A stretch of 64,000 nt of DNA from Nocardioides sp. (GTDB lineage Bacteria; Actinomycetota; Actinomycetes; Propionibacteriales; Nocardioidaceae). Location: assembly GCA_035765695.1 (NCBI GenBank), contig DASTXB010000017.1:16939-80938 (forward strand). The letters run 5' to 3'. Both the position numbers and the translations under genes were made by a program. Of the stretch, positions 31,381-42,756 are shown piece after piece. How positions within the stretch are numbered: position 1 is the first letter of the stretch; each line of letters begins with the position of its first letter. Below the pieces are notes generated by a model. The model saw nothing but the letters and a program-made list of their open reading frames with translations. It did no database searches and was not told the origin of the DNA.

Positions 31381-32373
31381 GTGGATGTTTCACGTGAAAC
31401 CGGCACCGGCTGGCCGGCCGACGGCCCCACGGTGCGCACCGCGGAGGACATCGCGGGCGCCGCCGCCGACTTCGAGGTGGACCACACCACGCCCCTGGCC
31501 CGCGCGGCCGAGCACGTCGTGCTGGCCCGGCACGGAGCCCGGATGCGCCCGGCGCTGCCGCGCCCCTCGGCGACCCGGATCTTCGTGGTCGCGAACCAGA
31601 AGGGCGGCGTCGGCAAGACCACGTCGACCGTGAACGTCGCGGCCGCCCTGGCCCAGCTCGGCCAGCGAGTGCTGGTCGTCGACCTCGACCCGCAGGGCAA
31701 CGCGTCCACTGCCCTGGGCGTCGAGCACCGCCGGGGCGTCCCGTCGACGTACGACGCGCTCGTCGACGGGGTGCCCCTCGCCGACGTCGCCTCGCCCAGC
31801 CCGGAGGTCGGCGACCTGATGGTGGTGCCGGCGACGATCGACCTGGCGGGCGCCGAGATCGAGCTCGTCTCGGTCGTCGCCCGCGAGAGCCGGCTGCGCA
31901 AGGCGATCCACGGCCACCCGCAGGTCGGCTCGGCCGCGGACCTCGGCGAGGACCGGATCGACTACGTGCTGATCGACTGCCCGCCGTCGCTGGGCCTGCT
32001 GACCCTGAACGCGCTCGTCGCCGGCAACGAGATGATGATCCCGATCCAGGCCGAGTACTACGCCCTGGAGGGTCTGGGCCAGCTCCTCGAGACGGTCGAG
32101 ATGGTCAAGGCCCACCTCAACCCGGCGCTCGACGTCTCGACGATCCTCGTGACGATGTACGACGCCCGCACGCGTCTGGCGGCCGGCGTCGCCGAGGAGG
32201 TGCGGGAGCACTTCGGTGACCAGGTCCTCAAGACCTCGATCCCGCGCTCGGTGCGCGTCTCGGAGGCCCCGTCCTACGGCCAGACGGTGATGACCTACGA
32301 TCCCGGATCGCCGGGCGCGCTGTCCTACCTCGAGGCGGCGCGGGAGATCGCGACCAAGGGAGCCACGAGATGA
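31381..32373 (+). CDS. parA: Chromosome partitioning ATPase ParA
   Basis: [34 protein letters not shown]. Start uncertain. Confidence 0.95.
   Translation: MDVSRETGTGWPADGPTVRTAEDIAGAAADFEVDHTTPLARAAEHVVLARHGARMRPALPRPSATRIFVVANQKGGVGKTTSTVNVAAALAQLGQRVLVVDLDPQGNASTALGVEHRRGVPSTYDALVDGVPLADVASPSPEVGDLMVVPATIDLAGAEIELVSVVARESRLRKAIHGHPQVGSAADLGEDRIDYVLIDCPPSLGLLTLNALVAGNEMMIPIQAEYYALEGLGQLLETVEMVKAHLNPALDVSTILVTMYDARTRLAAGVAEEVREHFGDQVLKTSIPRSVRVSEAPSYGQTVMTYDPGSPGALSYLEAAREIATKGATR
31387..31400. other. parS site
   Basis: Perfect palindrome GTTTCACGTGAAAC. Confidence 0.93.
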
Positions 32374-33326
32374 ACGCCGCCAACCGCCCGCAGCAGCGCC
32401 GCGGGCTCGGCCGTGGCCTGGGCTCCCTGATCCCCACCGGCCCCGCCGAGGACGCCCCGCGCGCGAGCGCCGCGGCGGTCGGAGCGGCGGAGACCGAGCA
32501 CCTCGCGCCGGTCGAGGGGGCATACTTCGCCGAGGTGCCGCTGCACCAGATCACGCCGAACCGGGTGCAGCCGCGTCAGGTCTTCGACGAGGACGCGATG
32601 GCGGAGCTGGTGCACTCGATCCGCGAGATCGGCGTGCTCCAACCGGTGGTCGTGCGCCGTCACGGGCCGGAGGACTACGAGCTCGTCATGGGCGAGCGCC
32701 GGTGGCGCGCCTCCCAGGAGGCCGGGCTCGAGACCATCCCGGCGATCGTCCGGGAGACCGACGACGACGACATGCTCCGCGACGCGCTGCTGGAGAACCT
32801 GCACCGGTCGCAGCTCAACCCGCTCGAGGAGGCGGCGGCGTACCGGCAGATGCTGGACGACTTCGGGTGCACCCACGAGGAGCTCGCCACCCGGATCGGA
32901 CGCTCCCGCCCGCAGATCAGCAACACGCTCCGGCTGCTCAACCTGTCGCCCACGGTTCAGCGCCGGGTGGCGGCCGGCGTCCTGTCCGCCGGCCACGCCC
33001 GGGCCCTGCTCGCCATCGACGACGCCGACCTCCAGGACCGCCTGGCCCAGCGCGTCGTCGCCGAGGGCATCAGCGTGCGTGGCCTGGAGGAGATCGTGGC
33101 GGTGCGCGACACCGACTCCCCGGCGCCGCGCGTGACCCGGAGGAAGCCGGTGGCGCCGGGCCTGGCCGACCTGTCCGAGCGTCTCTCGGACCGGTTCGAG
33201 ACCCGCGTGAAGGTCGACCTGGGCCGCAGCAAGGGCAAGATCACCGTCGAGTTCGCCTCGCTCGACGACCTGCAGCGGATCGTCGACATCATGGACCCGC
33301 GCAATCGGAGCGACAGGCCGATCTAA
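32370..33326 (+). CDS. parB: Chromosome partitioning protein ParB
   Basis: [38 protein letters not shown]. Confidence 0.96.
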   Translation: MNAANRPQQRRGLGRGLGSLIPTGPAEDAPRASAAAVGAAETEHLAPVEGAYFAEVPLHQITPNRVQPRQVFDEDAMAELVHSIREIGVLQPVVVRRHGPEDYELVMGERRWRASQEAGLETIPAIVRETDDDDMLRDALLENLHRSQLNPLEEAAAYRQMLDDFGCTHEELATRIGRSRPQISNTLRLLNLSPTVQRRVAAGVLSAGHARALLAIDDADLQDRLAQRVVAEGISVRGLEEIVAVRDTDSPAPRVTRRKPVAPGLADLSERLSDRFETRVKVDLGRSKGKITVEFASLDDLQRIVDIMDPRNRSDRPI

Positions 33327-33377
33327 CGCTTCGCCGATATATCGATGTGGTGATAACTCGATAAGTCGACAAATTGC

Positions 33378-34139
33378 TCAAGCGCTACGTTCGGCCCGTC
33401 GGGCGCGGCGGCGCTCCAGCTCCTCGGCGTCGAGCCGCAGGGCCTCCGCCGGCGTCGGCGCGGACCCGCCGTACGACGCCGGCAGCCACCAGCTGCCCGG
33501 GGGCTGCTCGTCGGCGGGGTACTCCCGGATCGTCGTGTCGAGCAGCGCGCCCATCGCCGACCGGAGCTCGGCGGTCTCGGCGACCGGGTCCGCGCCGGTG
33601 GGGTGCAGGGGGGCCCCGACCCGGATGGCGATGGTCTTCCCGCGGGAGAAGTCGCGCGGGTGGTCCTTGGTCATCATCCGCTGGGTGCCCCACAGGACCA
33701 CCGGCACCAGCGGTACGCCCGCGTCGGCCGCGATCCGCACCGCGCCGGTCTTGAACTCCTTGAGCTCCATCGAGCGGGAGATCGTGGCCTCGGGGAAGAT
33801 GCCGACCGCCTCCCCGGCCCGGAGGTAGTCCACCGCCGTGCGGTACGACGCCTCGCCGGCACCGCGGTCCACCTCGATGTGGTGCAACGACCGCATCAGC
33901 GGGCCGACGTACCGGTGGTCGAAGAGCTCGCGCTTGGCCATGAAGCGCACCAGGCGACCGGACGGATTCGCCGCCAGCCCGCCGTAGATGAAGTCGACGT
34001 ACCCGATGTGGTTGTAGGCGAGCAGCACGCCGCCGGACCGCGGGACGTTCTCGGTGCCGTACATCTGGAAGCGCTGGCCGAGCGCGCGGAACGCCGTCTT
34101 GGCCGTCCAGATGATCGGCGGGTAGGTGAGGTCGCGCAT
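33378..34139 (-). CDS. Lysophospholipid (1-acyl-sn-glycerol-3-phosphate) acyltransferase
   Basis: NHIGYVD, FMAKRELF, IFPEATIS. Confidence 0.9.
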   Translation of the reverse strand: MRDLTYPPIIWTAKTAFRALGQRFQMYGTENVPRSGGVLLAYNHIGYVDFIYGGLAANPSGRLVRFMAKRELFDHRYVGPLMRSLHHIEVDRGAGEASYRTAVDYLRAGEAVGIFPEATISRSMELKEFKTGAVRIAADAGVPLVPVVLWGTQRMMTKDHPRDFSRGKTIAIRVGAPLHPTGADPVAETAELRSAMGALLDTTIREYPADEQPPGSWWLPASYGGSAPTPAEALRLDAEELERRRARRAERSA

Positions 34140-34147
34140 CCGGCCGG

Positions 34148-35467
34148 TCACGTGAGGTCGGTGTTGGGGACGTCGTAGGTGGCGCGTCCGTGCAGCACCT
34201 GCCCGCCTGCGTTGGTCCCGAACGTCGCGCGCAGCTCCATCTCCTCCTCCAGGACGCCGGCGAGCCGGCGGACACCCTCCCGGATCCGTTCCGGGGTGGG
34301 GTAGCAGTACGACAGCCGGATGGCGCTCGTGCCGTAGCCGTCGGCGTAGAAAGCCGTGCCCGGCACGTACGCGACCCGAGCGGTGACGGCCCGCGGCAGC
34401 ATCGCCTTGGCGTCGATGCCCGGCGGCAGCGTCAGCCAGACGTAGAAGCCGCCCTCCGGGACGTTCCACGAGCACCCGGCCGGCATCAGGTCGTCCAGCG
34501 CCGCCACCATCGCGTCCCGGCGCTCGCGGTACATCTCGCGGAACTGCTTCACCTGGCCACGCCAGTCGTGCTGGGTGAGGTACGCCGAGACCGCCATCTG
34601 GGAGAACTGCGGCGGGCACAGCGTCGCCGACTCCTGGGCCAGCACGAGCTTCTCGCGCACGGCATGCGGCGCCAGCGCCCACCCCACGCGGAAGCCCGGG
34701 GCGAAGGTCTTCGAGAAGGACCCGAGGTAGATGACGTTGTCGGCGTCGTCGGCGCGCAGCGCCCGATGCGGCTCGTCGTCGAAGCCGAGGAGGCCGTAGG
34801 GGTTGTCCTCGAGGACGAGGACCTCCTCGGCGCGGCAGATCTCGAGGACCCGCGCGCGGCGCTCGGCGGACATCGTGACGCCGGCCGGGTTGTGGAAGTT
34901 CGGGATCGTGTAGACGAACTTGATCCGCTTGCCGGCGGCCTTGGTCGCCGTGATCGCCTGCTGCAGCGCCTCGGGGACGAGCCCCTGGGCGTCCATCTCG
35001 GCGTGGACCACGTCGCACTGGTAGGCCTTGAAGACGCCCAGTGCGCCGACGTACGACGGCGCCTCGCAGATCACGACGTCACCGGGGTCGCAGAAGATCC
35101 GGGTGACCAGGTCGACCGCCTGCTGCGAGCCCACGGTCACCACGACGTCGTCCGGGTGCGCCTCGATGCCCTCCAGGCGCATCACGTCGCAGACCTGCTC
35201 GCGCAGCTCGGGCACGCCCTGGCCGGAGCCGTACTGCATGGCGACCGCGCCGTGCTGGGCCACGAGGTCGGAGATCGCGCCACCGACGACGTCGAGGGGC
35301 AGGCCCGAGATGTTGGGCATCCCGCCGGCCAGCGAGACCACCTCGGGCCGCGACGCGACCGCGAACAGCGCGCGGATCTCCGACGCCGTCATCCCGGCCG
35401 TGCGGGCGGCGTAGAGCTCCACGTACCGGTCGAGGCTGGTGGTCGCACGGGCGGGCTGGATCTCCAT
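34148..35467 (-). CDS. PLP-dependent aminotransferase (class I/II)
   Basis: VSLAGGMP, FHNPAG, EDNPY, GSFSKTFAPGFRVGW. Confidence 0.92.
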   Translation of the reverse strand: MEIQPARATTSLDRYVELYAARTAGMTASEIRALFAVASRPEVVSLAGGMPNISGLPLDVVGGAISDLVAQHGAVAMQYGSGQGVPELREQVCDVMRLEGIEAHPDDVVVTVGSQQAVDLVTRIFCDPGDVVICEAPSYVGALGVFKAYQCDVVHAEMDAQGLVPEALQQAITATKAAGKRIKFVYTIPNFHNPAGVTMSAERRARVLEICRAEEVLVLEDNPYGLLGFDDEPHRALRADDADNVIYLGSFSKTFAPGFRVGWALAPHAVREKLVLAQESATLCPPQFSQMAVSAYLTQHDWRGQVKQFREMYRERRDAMVAALDDLMPAGCSWNVPEGGFYVWLTLPPGIDAKAMLPRAVTARVAYVPGTAFYADGYGTSAIRLSYCYPTPERIREGVRRLAGVLEEEMELRATFGTNAGGQVLHGRATYDVPNTDLT

Positions 35468-35532
35468 CGTCCGACTAGCATGAAGGATGACGGGCCCGGT
35501 TGCAGCACCGGTACCGCAAAGTGGGAGACGTC

Positions 35533-36186
35533 ATGTCGCGCAAGATCGTCCGCCTGACCCTGGACCACCTCGAGACCTTCCGTGCGCCGTGCCGCTCGTG
35601 CCTGTTCTGGGAGCTCGACCCGGTCCGACGGCAGCGGGTCGCCGACCCGTGCGCGGAGAAGGACGCCTGGGTCTCCCACGTGCTGCGCGAATGGGGATCC
35701 TGCGGCCGGGTCGCGCTGGTCGACGACCGCCCCGTCGGCTATGTCGTCTACGCTCCCGAGGCGTTCGTGCCGGGAGCCGCCGGCTTCCCGACCGCGCCGG
35801 TGTCACCGGACGCGGTACTCATGACGATGGCGTACGTCGAGCCGGCCCACCGCGGCGGCGGACTGGGTCGGATGCTCGTGCAGGGGATGGCCCGCGACCT
35901 GATCAAGCGCGGCGGGGTGGGCGCGGTGGAGGCCTTCGGCGACGCCCGGGGGCGCGCCGGGCACTGCGTGGTGCCCGTCGAGTTCCTCGGCGGGGTCGGG
36001 TTCAAGACGCACCGGCCGCACCCGACGTACCCGCGGTTCCGGATGGACCTGCGCACGGCGGTCACCTGGCGCGACGAGGTGGAGGCCGCGATCGAGCGGC
36101 TGGTCGGCACCCTGCGGCCGGCCCCGAAATCGGCGCGAGGCCCGGCGCCGAAGGCGACCCGGGCCTCGCGGACGAAGCTCAGCTGA
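35533..36186 (+). CDS. GNAT N-acetyltransferase (conserved next to parB in Actinobacteria)
   Basis: CRSCLFWELDP, EWGSCGR, FPTAPVSPDAV, HRGGGLG. Confidence 0.85.
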   Translation: MSRKIVRLTLDHLETFRAPCRSCLFWELDPVRRQRVADPCAEKDAWVSHVLREWGSCGRVALVDDRPVGYVVYAPEAFVPGAAGFPTAPVSPDAVLMTMAYVEPAHRGGGLGRMLVQGMARDLIKRGGVGAVEAFGDARGRAGHCVVPVEFLGGVGFKTHRPHPTYPRFRMDLRTAVTWRDEVEAAIERLVGTLRPAPKSARGPAPKATRASRTKLS

Positions 36187-36196
36187 CGTCAGGCCG

Positions 36197-36523
36197 TCAG
36201 GCGATGAACTCCGACAGCTCGTTGAGGAGCGTGGCCTTCGGCCGCGCGCCGACGATCGTCTTCACGACCTCGCCGCCCTGGTAGACGTTGATCGTCGGGA
36301 TCCCGGTGACCCGGTAGTTGGACGGGGTGACGGGGTTCTCGTCGACGTTCATCTTGTAGAACGTGATCTTGTCGCCGTGGGCGGTCGCGATCTCGTCGAG
36401 GATCGGGGCGACCTGGCGGCACGGGCCGCACCACTCCGCCCAGAAGTCCACGAGGACCGGCTTGTCGGACTTGAGGACCTGCGCGTCGAACTCGGCGTCG
36501 GTCACAGCGTTGATGTTGCCCAC
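36197..36523 (-). CDS. trxA: Thioredoxin
   Basis: VDFWAEWCGPC. Confidence 0.96.
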   Translation of the reverse strand: MGNINAVTDAEFDAQVLKSDKPVLVDFWAEWCGPCRQVAPILDEIATAHGDKITFYKMNVDENPVTPSNYRVTGIPTINVYQGGEVVKTIVGARPKATLLNELSEFIA

Positions 36524-36629
36524 AGGGGAATCCCTTCTTGGAGGTGAACTCGGAGGTCTGATCTCAGTGAACAGCAGCGCGGGGACGGTTGTTCCCCGGC
36601 GCGCTGGGGGAGCAGACGGGGGTCTCGGC

Positions 36630-37640
36630 TCAGGCGCCGGCGGTCTGGACGGCCTCGGTGACCATCTCGGCGTCCGCGCGGTCCTGGGCCTCGCGCGGGC
36701 TCTGCGCGACGTGGTCGAGCTCGGCGAGGTAGCGCTCGGCGTCCAGGGCGGCCGCGCAGCCGGTGCCGGCCGCAGTGATCGCCTGGCGGTAGTGGTGGTC
36801 GACCAGGTCACCGGCGGCGAAGACGCCCGGCAGGTTGGTGCCGGTCGAGGGGTGGCTGGCGATGACGTAGCCGTTGGGGTCGAGGTCGACCTGTCCGGGC
36901 AGGAGCTCCGAGCGCGGGTCGTGGCCGATCGCGATGAACAGGCCGGTGGCCGGCAGGTTGCGGGTCTCGCCCGTGACGGTGTCCTTGAGCGTCAGCGACT
37001 CCAGGCGGTCCTCGCCGTTGATCTCCTCGACGACGGAGTTCCACAGGATCTCCAGCTTCGGGTCGGCGAAGGCGCGCTCCTGCATGATCTTGGAGGCGCG
37101 CAGCTCGTCGCGGCGCACGATGAGGGAGACCTTCGACCCGAACCGGGTCAGGAACGTCGCCTCCTCGATCGCGGAGTCGCCGCCGCCCACGACCGCGATG
37201 TGCTGGTCGCGGAAGAAGAACCCGTCGCAGGTGGCGCACCACGACACGCCGCGACCGGAGAGCTCCTCCTCGCGGGGCAGGCCGAGCTTGCGGTAGCCCG
37301 AGCCCATCGCGAGGATCACCGCGCGCGCCTGGTAGGTGTCGGTGGCGGTCCGGACGGTCTTGACGTCGCCGGTCAGCTCGACCTCGACGACGTCGTCGGC
37401 GACCAGCTCGGCCCCGAACCGCTCGGCCTGGGCACGCATCTCGTCCATCAGGGCCGGGCCCATGATGCCGTCGCGGAAGCCGGGGAAGTTCTCGACCTCG
37501 GTGGTGTTCATCAGGGCCCCACCGGCGGTGACCGAGCCCTCGAACACGAGCGGCCTGAGGTTGGCACGGGCCGTGTAGAGGGCGGCGGTGTAGCCGGACG
37601 GGCCGGAGCCGATGACGATCACATCGCGGACGTCGGTCAT
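36630..37640 (-). CDS. trxB: Thioredoxin reductase
   Basis: [27 protein letters not shown]. Confidence 0.97.
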   Translation of the reverse strand: MTDVRDVIVIGSGPSGYTAALYTARANLRPLVFEGSVTAGGALMNTTEVENFPGFRDGIMGPALMDEMRAQAERFGAELVADDVVEVELTGDVKTVRTATDTYQARAVILAMGSGYRKLGLPREEELSGRGVSWCATCDGFFFRDQHIAVVGGGDSAIEEATFLTRFGSKVSLIVRRDELRASKIMQERAFADPKLEILWNSVVEEINGEDRLESLTLKDTVTGETRNLPATGLFIAIGHDPRSELLPGQVDLDPNGYVIASHPSTGTNLPGVFAAGDLVDHHYRQAITAAGTGCAAALDAERYLAELDHVAQSPREAQDRADAEMVTEAVQTAGA

Positions 37641-37745
37641 GGAGTGCGGGTCCCCTCGCAAGGTCGGTGCTGAGACGTGGCTTGAGCCGTCCAGTACAAC
37701 CGATCGTAGGCGAGGAATCTTCCCGGTCTCCGCGGGCCTGGGCTC

Positions 37746-38417
<672 letters not shown>

Positions 38418-38463
38418 GGGTGTCACCTCCTCGTCGGGTGTCGGGTGCGGGTGGGCCTCGGGG

Positions 38464-39168
38464 TCAGGCGGGGGGCGGGGGACCGCGGGGTGTGTCACCG
38501 GATCCGACGGGGCCCGACGGGTCCGGGTTCCGCGGGTCCGGGTGGTCCCCGTCACGGTCGTCGTCGGCGAGCAGCGGCGCGAGCAGCTCGGCCAGGCGCG
38601 CGCGGCCCCGCGAACACCGCGACTTCACGGTCCCGACGGCGCAGTCCAGCACCGCGGCGGCCTCGGCGACGGCGTACCCCTCCATGTCGACCAGCACGAG
38701 CGCGGCCCGCTGCTCGTCGGGCAGCTGCTGCAGCGCGGCCAGCACCAGCCGGCGGCGCTCGTCGGCGACCGAGGCGTCCGCCGGGTCGGCCGACTCCGTC
38801 GCGTCCGCGGAGACGGTCGACCCGCGGTCGCGGTACTCCTCCAGGTCGTCCGGCAGCGGCTCCGCCCGGCGCACCTTGGCGGCCCGGAGCCGGTCGAGGC
38901 AGGCGTTGACGACCACCCGGTGCAGCCAGGTGGTCACGGCCGAGTCGCCGCGGAACGTCGCGGCCCGGCGGTACGCCGCGACCATCCCGTCCTGGAGGCC
39001 GTCCGCGGCGTCCTCCCGGTTGCCCATGGTGCGCAGCGCGACCGCCCAGAGCCGGTCACGGTGCCGGCGGAACAGGGCGCCGAACGCCCCCGGGTCGCCG
39101 TCGACGTGCGCCCGCAGCAGCTCCTGGTCGCTGGCCCGCTCGAGCTCGTCGGGCGTCATGGTGGTCAT
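38464..39168 (-). CDS. sigM: ECF RNA polymerase sigma factor SigM
   Basis: RHRDRLWAVALR, TTWLHRVVVNACLD, GTVKSRCSRGR; conserved position before trxB. Confidence 0.9.
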   Translation of the reverse strand: MTTMTPDELERASDQELLRAHVDGDPGAFGALFRRHRDRLWAVALRTMGNREDAADGLQDGMVAAYRRAATFRGDSAVTTWLHRVVVNACLDRLRAAKVRRAEPLPDDLEEYRDRGSTVSADATESADPADASVADERRRLVLAALQQLPDEQRAALVLVDMEGYAVAEAAAVLDCAVGTVKSRCSRGRARLAELLAPLLADDDRDGDHPDPRNPDPSGPVGSGDTPRGPPPPA

Positions 39169-39206
39169 CGGGTGGTCATCGGCTGCTCATCGGGGCGGTC
39201 GCGGGG

Positions 39207-41036
39207 TCACCCGCGGACCGTGACCTCGGCGACCTGACCGCGGAAACCGCCGTCGGCCGCGGGGAGCGAGGTGAGCCAGACGGTCACGAACCGCCCGGCC
39301 ACGGGGCTGTCGAGGATCTCGCGGGCCTTCGTCCCGGTGGCCGTGCCGGTCACCGCCGGGGTCAGGCCCTTGACCCCGGACGGCGCCTCGTCGGTGACGT
39401 ACAGCGCGTAGCCGGTCGGTGCGCCGACGAAGGTCAGGTCGACCGCGCTGACGTCGTGCTCCTTGCCGAGGTCGAGCACCAGCCCGACGCCGGTCTTGAG
39501 GCCGCCGGGCCCGAAGTTCTGCGTATAGGTCATCGTCGGCCAGGCGGTGCCGGGCTTGCCGTCGACCGCGAGCGGGGCGTCCTCGGAGTGCTCGTCGTTG
39601 GGTGGCGTGCCCTGGGGGTCGAACGCGGTGGCCGTGACGCCGGTGATGGGGGTGGCGGACGCGCTCGGCGACGGGCCGGTCGACGGCTCGTCACCGCCGC
39701 TGCCACCGCCCGGGACGGCGAGAGGGCTGCGCCCCTGGCCGAGGTTGTAGGCGACCACGATCGCCAGGAGCAGCAGCAGCCCGGCTGCGACCACACCGGC
39801 GAGGCGGAGCCAGCTGCGCCCCGGGACCCCGTCGTCGTCCTCCTCGGGCTCCTCGACCGGCGGGGTGAGGCCGCTGCCGGTGCCGGAGGTGTCCCACGGC
39901 CAGTAGGTCGCGCTGCCGGCGCTGGCTGCGGCCGGGACGGGGCGGCGGGGCCGGCGGGCCGGGCCCTCGGTGGGCTCCGGTGCGAAGAGCGGACGCTCGG
40001 GCGGGTCCTCGAACGGTGGTGGGGGCGGCGGCACGTCGGCGCGCGCGGCGATCCAGGAGACGTCGTCGTTCTCGTCGTCGAAGATCGGCAGTCCCGCCTC
40101 GGTGGGGAGCTCGGTCGACGGCTTCGCGGGCTCCGGCACGGGTTCCGGCTCGGGTGCGGGCGCCGCCTCGCGCGGCGGCGGGTCGGCGATGGCCGGCAGG
40201 GAGACCGTGTCGGTGGTGTCCCGGTGGCCGAGGGCGGCCTCGGCCTCGGCGAGCCCGGTGGGGTCGCCGACGAAGGTCGCCAGGAAGTCCGCGATGCCCT
40301 GCGCGCTCGCCAGGTCGTGGATCTCGCGCAGCCGCGAGCCCTCGTGGCCGGCGTACGGGTTCACGACCACGTCGCACAGCACGTCGAGGGGCCGCGGGAT
40401 GCCGGCGCGGACCTGACGGGGTCGCAGCGCGCGTCCCTGGACGACCGGCGCCGGCGGCACCTGGGACGGCGACTGCCCGGCCCACCTCCCGGTCAGCGCC
40501 GCGTAGAGCAGGCCGCCCAGGTCGGCGACGTCCGTGGACACGCGGGGGGTGAGGTCGAACATCGCCGCGTCCACAGCGAAGCCGATCAGCCGGACCGCGC
40601 CCGCGTGGTCGACCAGGACGTTCTCGGGGACCAGGCGGCCGTGGGGGACGCCGAGCTCGTGACCGGCCGCGATCGAGCCGGCGACCTCGGACACCAGCCA
40701 GGCCGCCCGCCGGGCGCCGAGGGGCCCGTCGGCCGCGAGCATGATGTCGAGGGAGTCGCCCGAGCCCCACTCGTTGACGACGTACACCAGGTTGTCGGTG
40801 CGGTCGGCGTCGAGCACCCGCAGCAGCCGCCGGTCGTGGACGGTCGCCGAGCGGCGCGCGGCCTCGAGCAATGCCTCGGCACGCGGGTCGTCGGCGGCGA
40901 TCACGTGCAGGGCGACGTGGCGCTCGAGCACCTTGTCGTGGGCTCGCCAGAACCGGCCGCCGCTGCTCTCGGTCAGCAGGTCGACCAGGCGGTACCGGTC
41001 GGCGAGCACGTCGCCGGGCCGGATCGAGCTCGGCAC
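39207..41036 (-). CDS. Membrane pseudokinase-like protein (MviN kinase-homology type) with an extracellular domain
   Basis: Degenerate kinase fold (RYRL, HGRLVPENV, no HRD/DFG), Pro-rich linker, TM segment, C-terminal AVDG..TAW/GVGLVLDL domain. Confidence 0.8.
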   Translation of the reverse strand: MPSSIRPGDVLADRYRLVDLLTESSGGRFWRAHDKVLERHVALHVIAADDPRAEALLEAARRSATVHDRRLLRVLDADRTDNLVYVVNEWGSGDSLDIMLAADGPLGARRAAWLVSEVAGSIAAGHELGVPHGRLVPENVLVDHAGAVRLIGFAVDAAMFDLTPRVSTDVADLGGLLYAALTGRWAGQSPSQVPPAPVVQGRALRPRQVRAGIPRPLDVLCDVVVNPYAGHEGSRLREIHDLASAQGIADFLATFVGDPTGLAEAEAALGHRDTTDTVSLPAIADPPPREAAPAPEPEPVPEPAKPSTELPTEAGLPIFDDENDDVSWIAARADVPPPPPPFEDPPERPLFAPEPTEGPARRPRRPVPAAASAGSATYWPWDTSGTGSGLTPPVEEPEEDDDGVPGRSWLRLAGVVAAGLLLLLAIVVAYNLGQGRSPLAVPGGGSGGDEPSTGPSPSASATPITGVTATAFDPQGTPPNDEHSEDAPLAVDGKPGTAWPTMTYTQNFGPGGLKTGVGLVLDLGKEHDVSAVDLTFVGAPTGYALYVTDEAPSGVKGLTPAVTGTATGTKAREILDSPVAGRFVTVWLTSLPAADGGFRGQVAEVTVRG

Positions 41037-41082
41037 GCAGCTCCCCTCATCGAGTCCCGGACAGGGCCCATCGTAGGGGCCG

Positions 41083-42756
41083 TCAGGGGCGGCGGAGCAG
41101 GGGGACACGGCTGGTGATCGTGTCGACCACCGTCGACACCTCCCGCAGCCGCACCACACGCGCCATCAGCACGAGGACGACGGCGTCGACGGCACCCGTG
41201 GCCAGCACCCACACCGCGGCGACCGCCCAGTTCGGGTCGGCGTCGACGCGGTGGAGCAGGTACGCCGTCGCGGCCGCCGCCGCGGTCGACACGGCCACGG
41301 CGATCGCGAGCCGGACCACGAACCGCACCAGCGTCGGGGTGCGCAGGCCGCCCAGCCGCCGGCGCAGCACGGCGTACGACACGAGCGCACCGACGAGGTA
41401 CGACGCCGAGTAGGCGACCACGAGCGCGGGCGAGGTGTGCTCCGGGTCGGTCGAGCGGACCAGCACCAGCGCGGCGACGATGTTGGTGGTGGCCACCGCG
41501 CACTGGATGAAGAAGACGGTGCGGGTGAGCTCGAGCGCGTAGAAGCCGCGGAGCATCAGGTAGTGGACGGTGAAGAACACCAGTCCGCCGCCGAACAGCG
41601 CGAGCGACGGCGCGTACAGATCGGTGCGGTCCGCGGACGCGCCGTACCCCCAGATCAGCCGGGCGAGGTCGCCCGCGACGACCGGCAGCAGCAGCGCGAA
41701 CGGGATCACCACCGCGAGCGCGGTGCGCAGCGTGTCGGTGAGCGAGCGGGCCACGCCGGCACGGTCGTCCTCGGCGGCACGGGCCGACAGGCGCGGCAGG
41801 ATCGCGGTCGCGAGCGAGACCGTGACCACCGAGTGCGGGACCATCACGATGAGGAAGGTCGCGGAGTAGATCCAGTAGCCGGTGCCGTCGTCGGAGCTCG
41901 CGGTGCCGGTGGAGGCGAGGCGGACGACGACGGTGTAGGCGACCTGGTTGACGATGACGAACAGCACCGTCCACAGACCCAGGCGCAGCGTGTGCCCGAG
42001 CCCGGTGTGCCGGAAGTCGAAGCGCGGCCGGTAGTGGAACCCGCTGGCCCGCAGGTAGGGGACCAGCACCAGGAACTGCGCGACGATGCCGGCCGTCGCG
42101 CCCAGGCCGAGCAGCATCTCCTGGCCGGGGGAGAACGCGCCGAAGAGCTCCGCGCCCTTCGCCGGCCCGAAGACGACCAGGTAGACGACCAGCACGCCGA
42201 CCGAGATGACGTTGTTGGCGATCGGCGCCCACATCATCGGGCCGAACCGCTCGCGGGCGTTGAGGATCTGCCCGACGAGCACGTACATGCCGTAGAAGAA
42301 CACCTGCGGCAGGCAGAACCTCGCGAACGCGATGATCGAGTCGCGCTCGGCGGACATCGACGGGTCGTCGTACTCCGAGCTCAGGAAGACGCTCATCACC
42401 CAGGGAGCGGCCACGACCAGCAGCGCGGTGACGGCGCCGAGGAAGAGCCCGGCGAGGGTGATGACCCGGTTCGTGTACGCGTCGCCGCCGTCCGGGTCGC
42501 TGCGCATCGAGCGCACCAGCTGGGGGACGAGCACCGCGTTGATGACGCCGCCGGCCAGCAGGATGTAGAGCATGTTCGGGATCGTGTTCGCGATGTTGAA
42601 CAGGTCCGCGTGCAACGACGGGCCGAGCGCCGCCGCGAGCAGCGCCGACCGCACGAAGCCACTCATCCGGGACACGACCGTGCCGGCCGCCATCACCGCG
42701 CTGTTGGCGAGGACGCGCTGCTGCTCCCCCTGCTGGTCCTGCTGCTCGTCGGTCAC
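41083..42756 (-). CDS. murJ: Lipid II flippase MurJ/MviN
   Basis: GTVVSRMSGFVR, ANTIPN, LPQVFFYG, FGPMMWAPIANN; many TM segments. Confidence 0.93.
   Translation of the reverse strand: MTDEQQDQQGEQQRVLANSAVMAAGTVVSRMSGFVRSALLAAALGPSLHADLFNIANTIPNMLYILLAGGVINAVLVPQLVRSMRSDPDGGDAYTNRVITLAGLFLGAVTALLVVAAPWVMSVFLSSEYDDPSMSAERDSIIAFARFCLPQVFFYGMYVLVGQILNARERFGPMMWAPIANNVISVGVLVVYLVVFGPAKGAELFGAFSPGQEMLLGLGATAGIVAQFLVLVPYLRASGFHYRPRFDFRHTGLGHTLRLGLWTVLFVIVNQVAYTVVVRLASTGTASSDDGTGYWIYSATFLIVMVPHSVVTVSLATAILPRLSARAAEDDRAGVARSLTDTLRTALAVVIPFALLLPVVAGDLARLIWGYGASADRTDLYAPSLALFGGGLVFFTVHYLMLRGFYALELTRTVFFIQCAVATTNIVAALVLVRSTDPEHTSPALVVAYSASYLVGALVSYAVLRRRLGGLRTPTLVRFVVRLAIAVAVSTAAAAATAYLLHRVDADPNWAVAAVWVLATGAVDAVVLVLMARVVRLREVSTVVDTITSRVPLLRRP

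Noticed and set aside
39207-42756. Split of MurJ from its kinase-homology domain as a novelty or frameshift
   Set aside because: Both genes have clean ends and a plausible start; separate genes are common outside mycobacteria.
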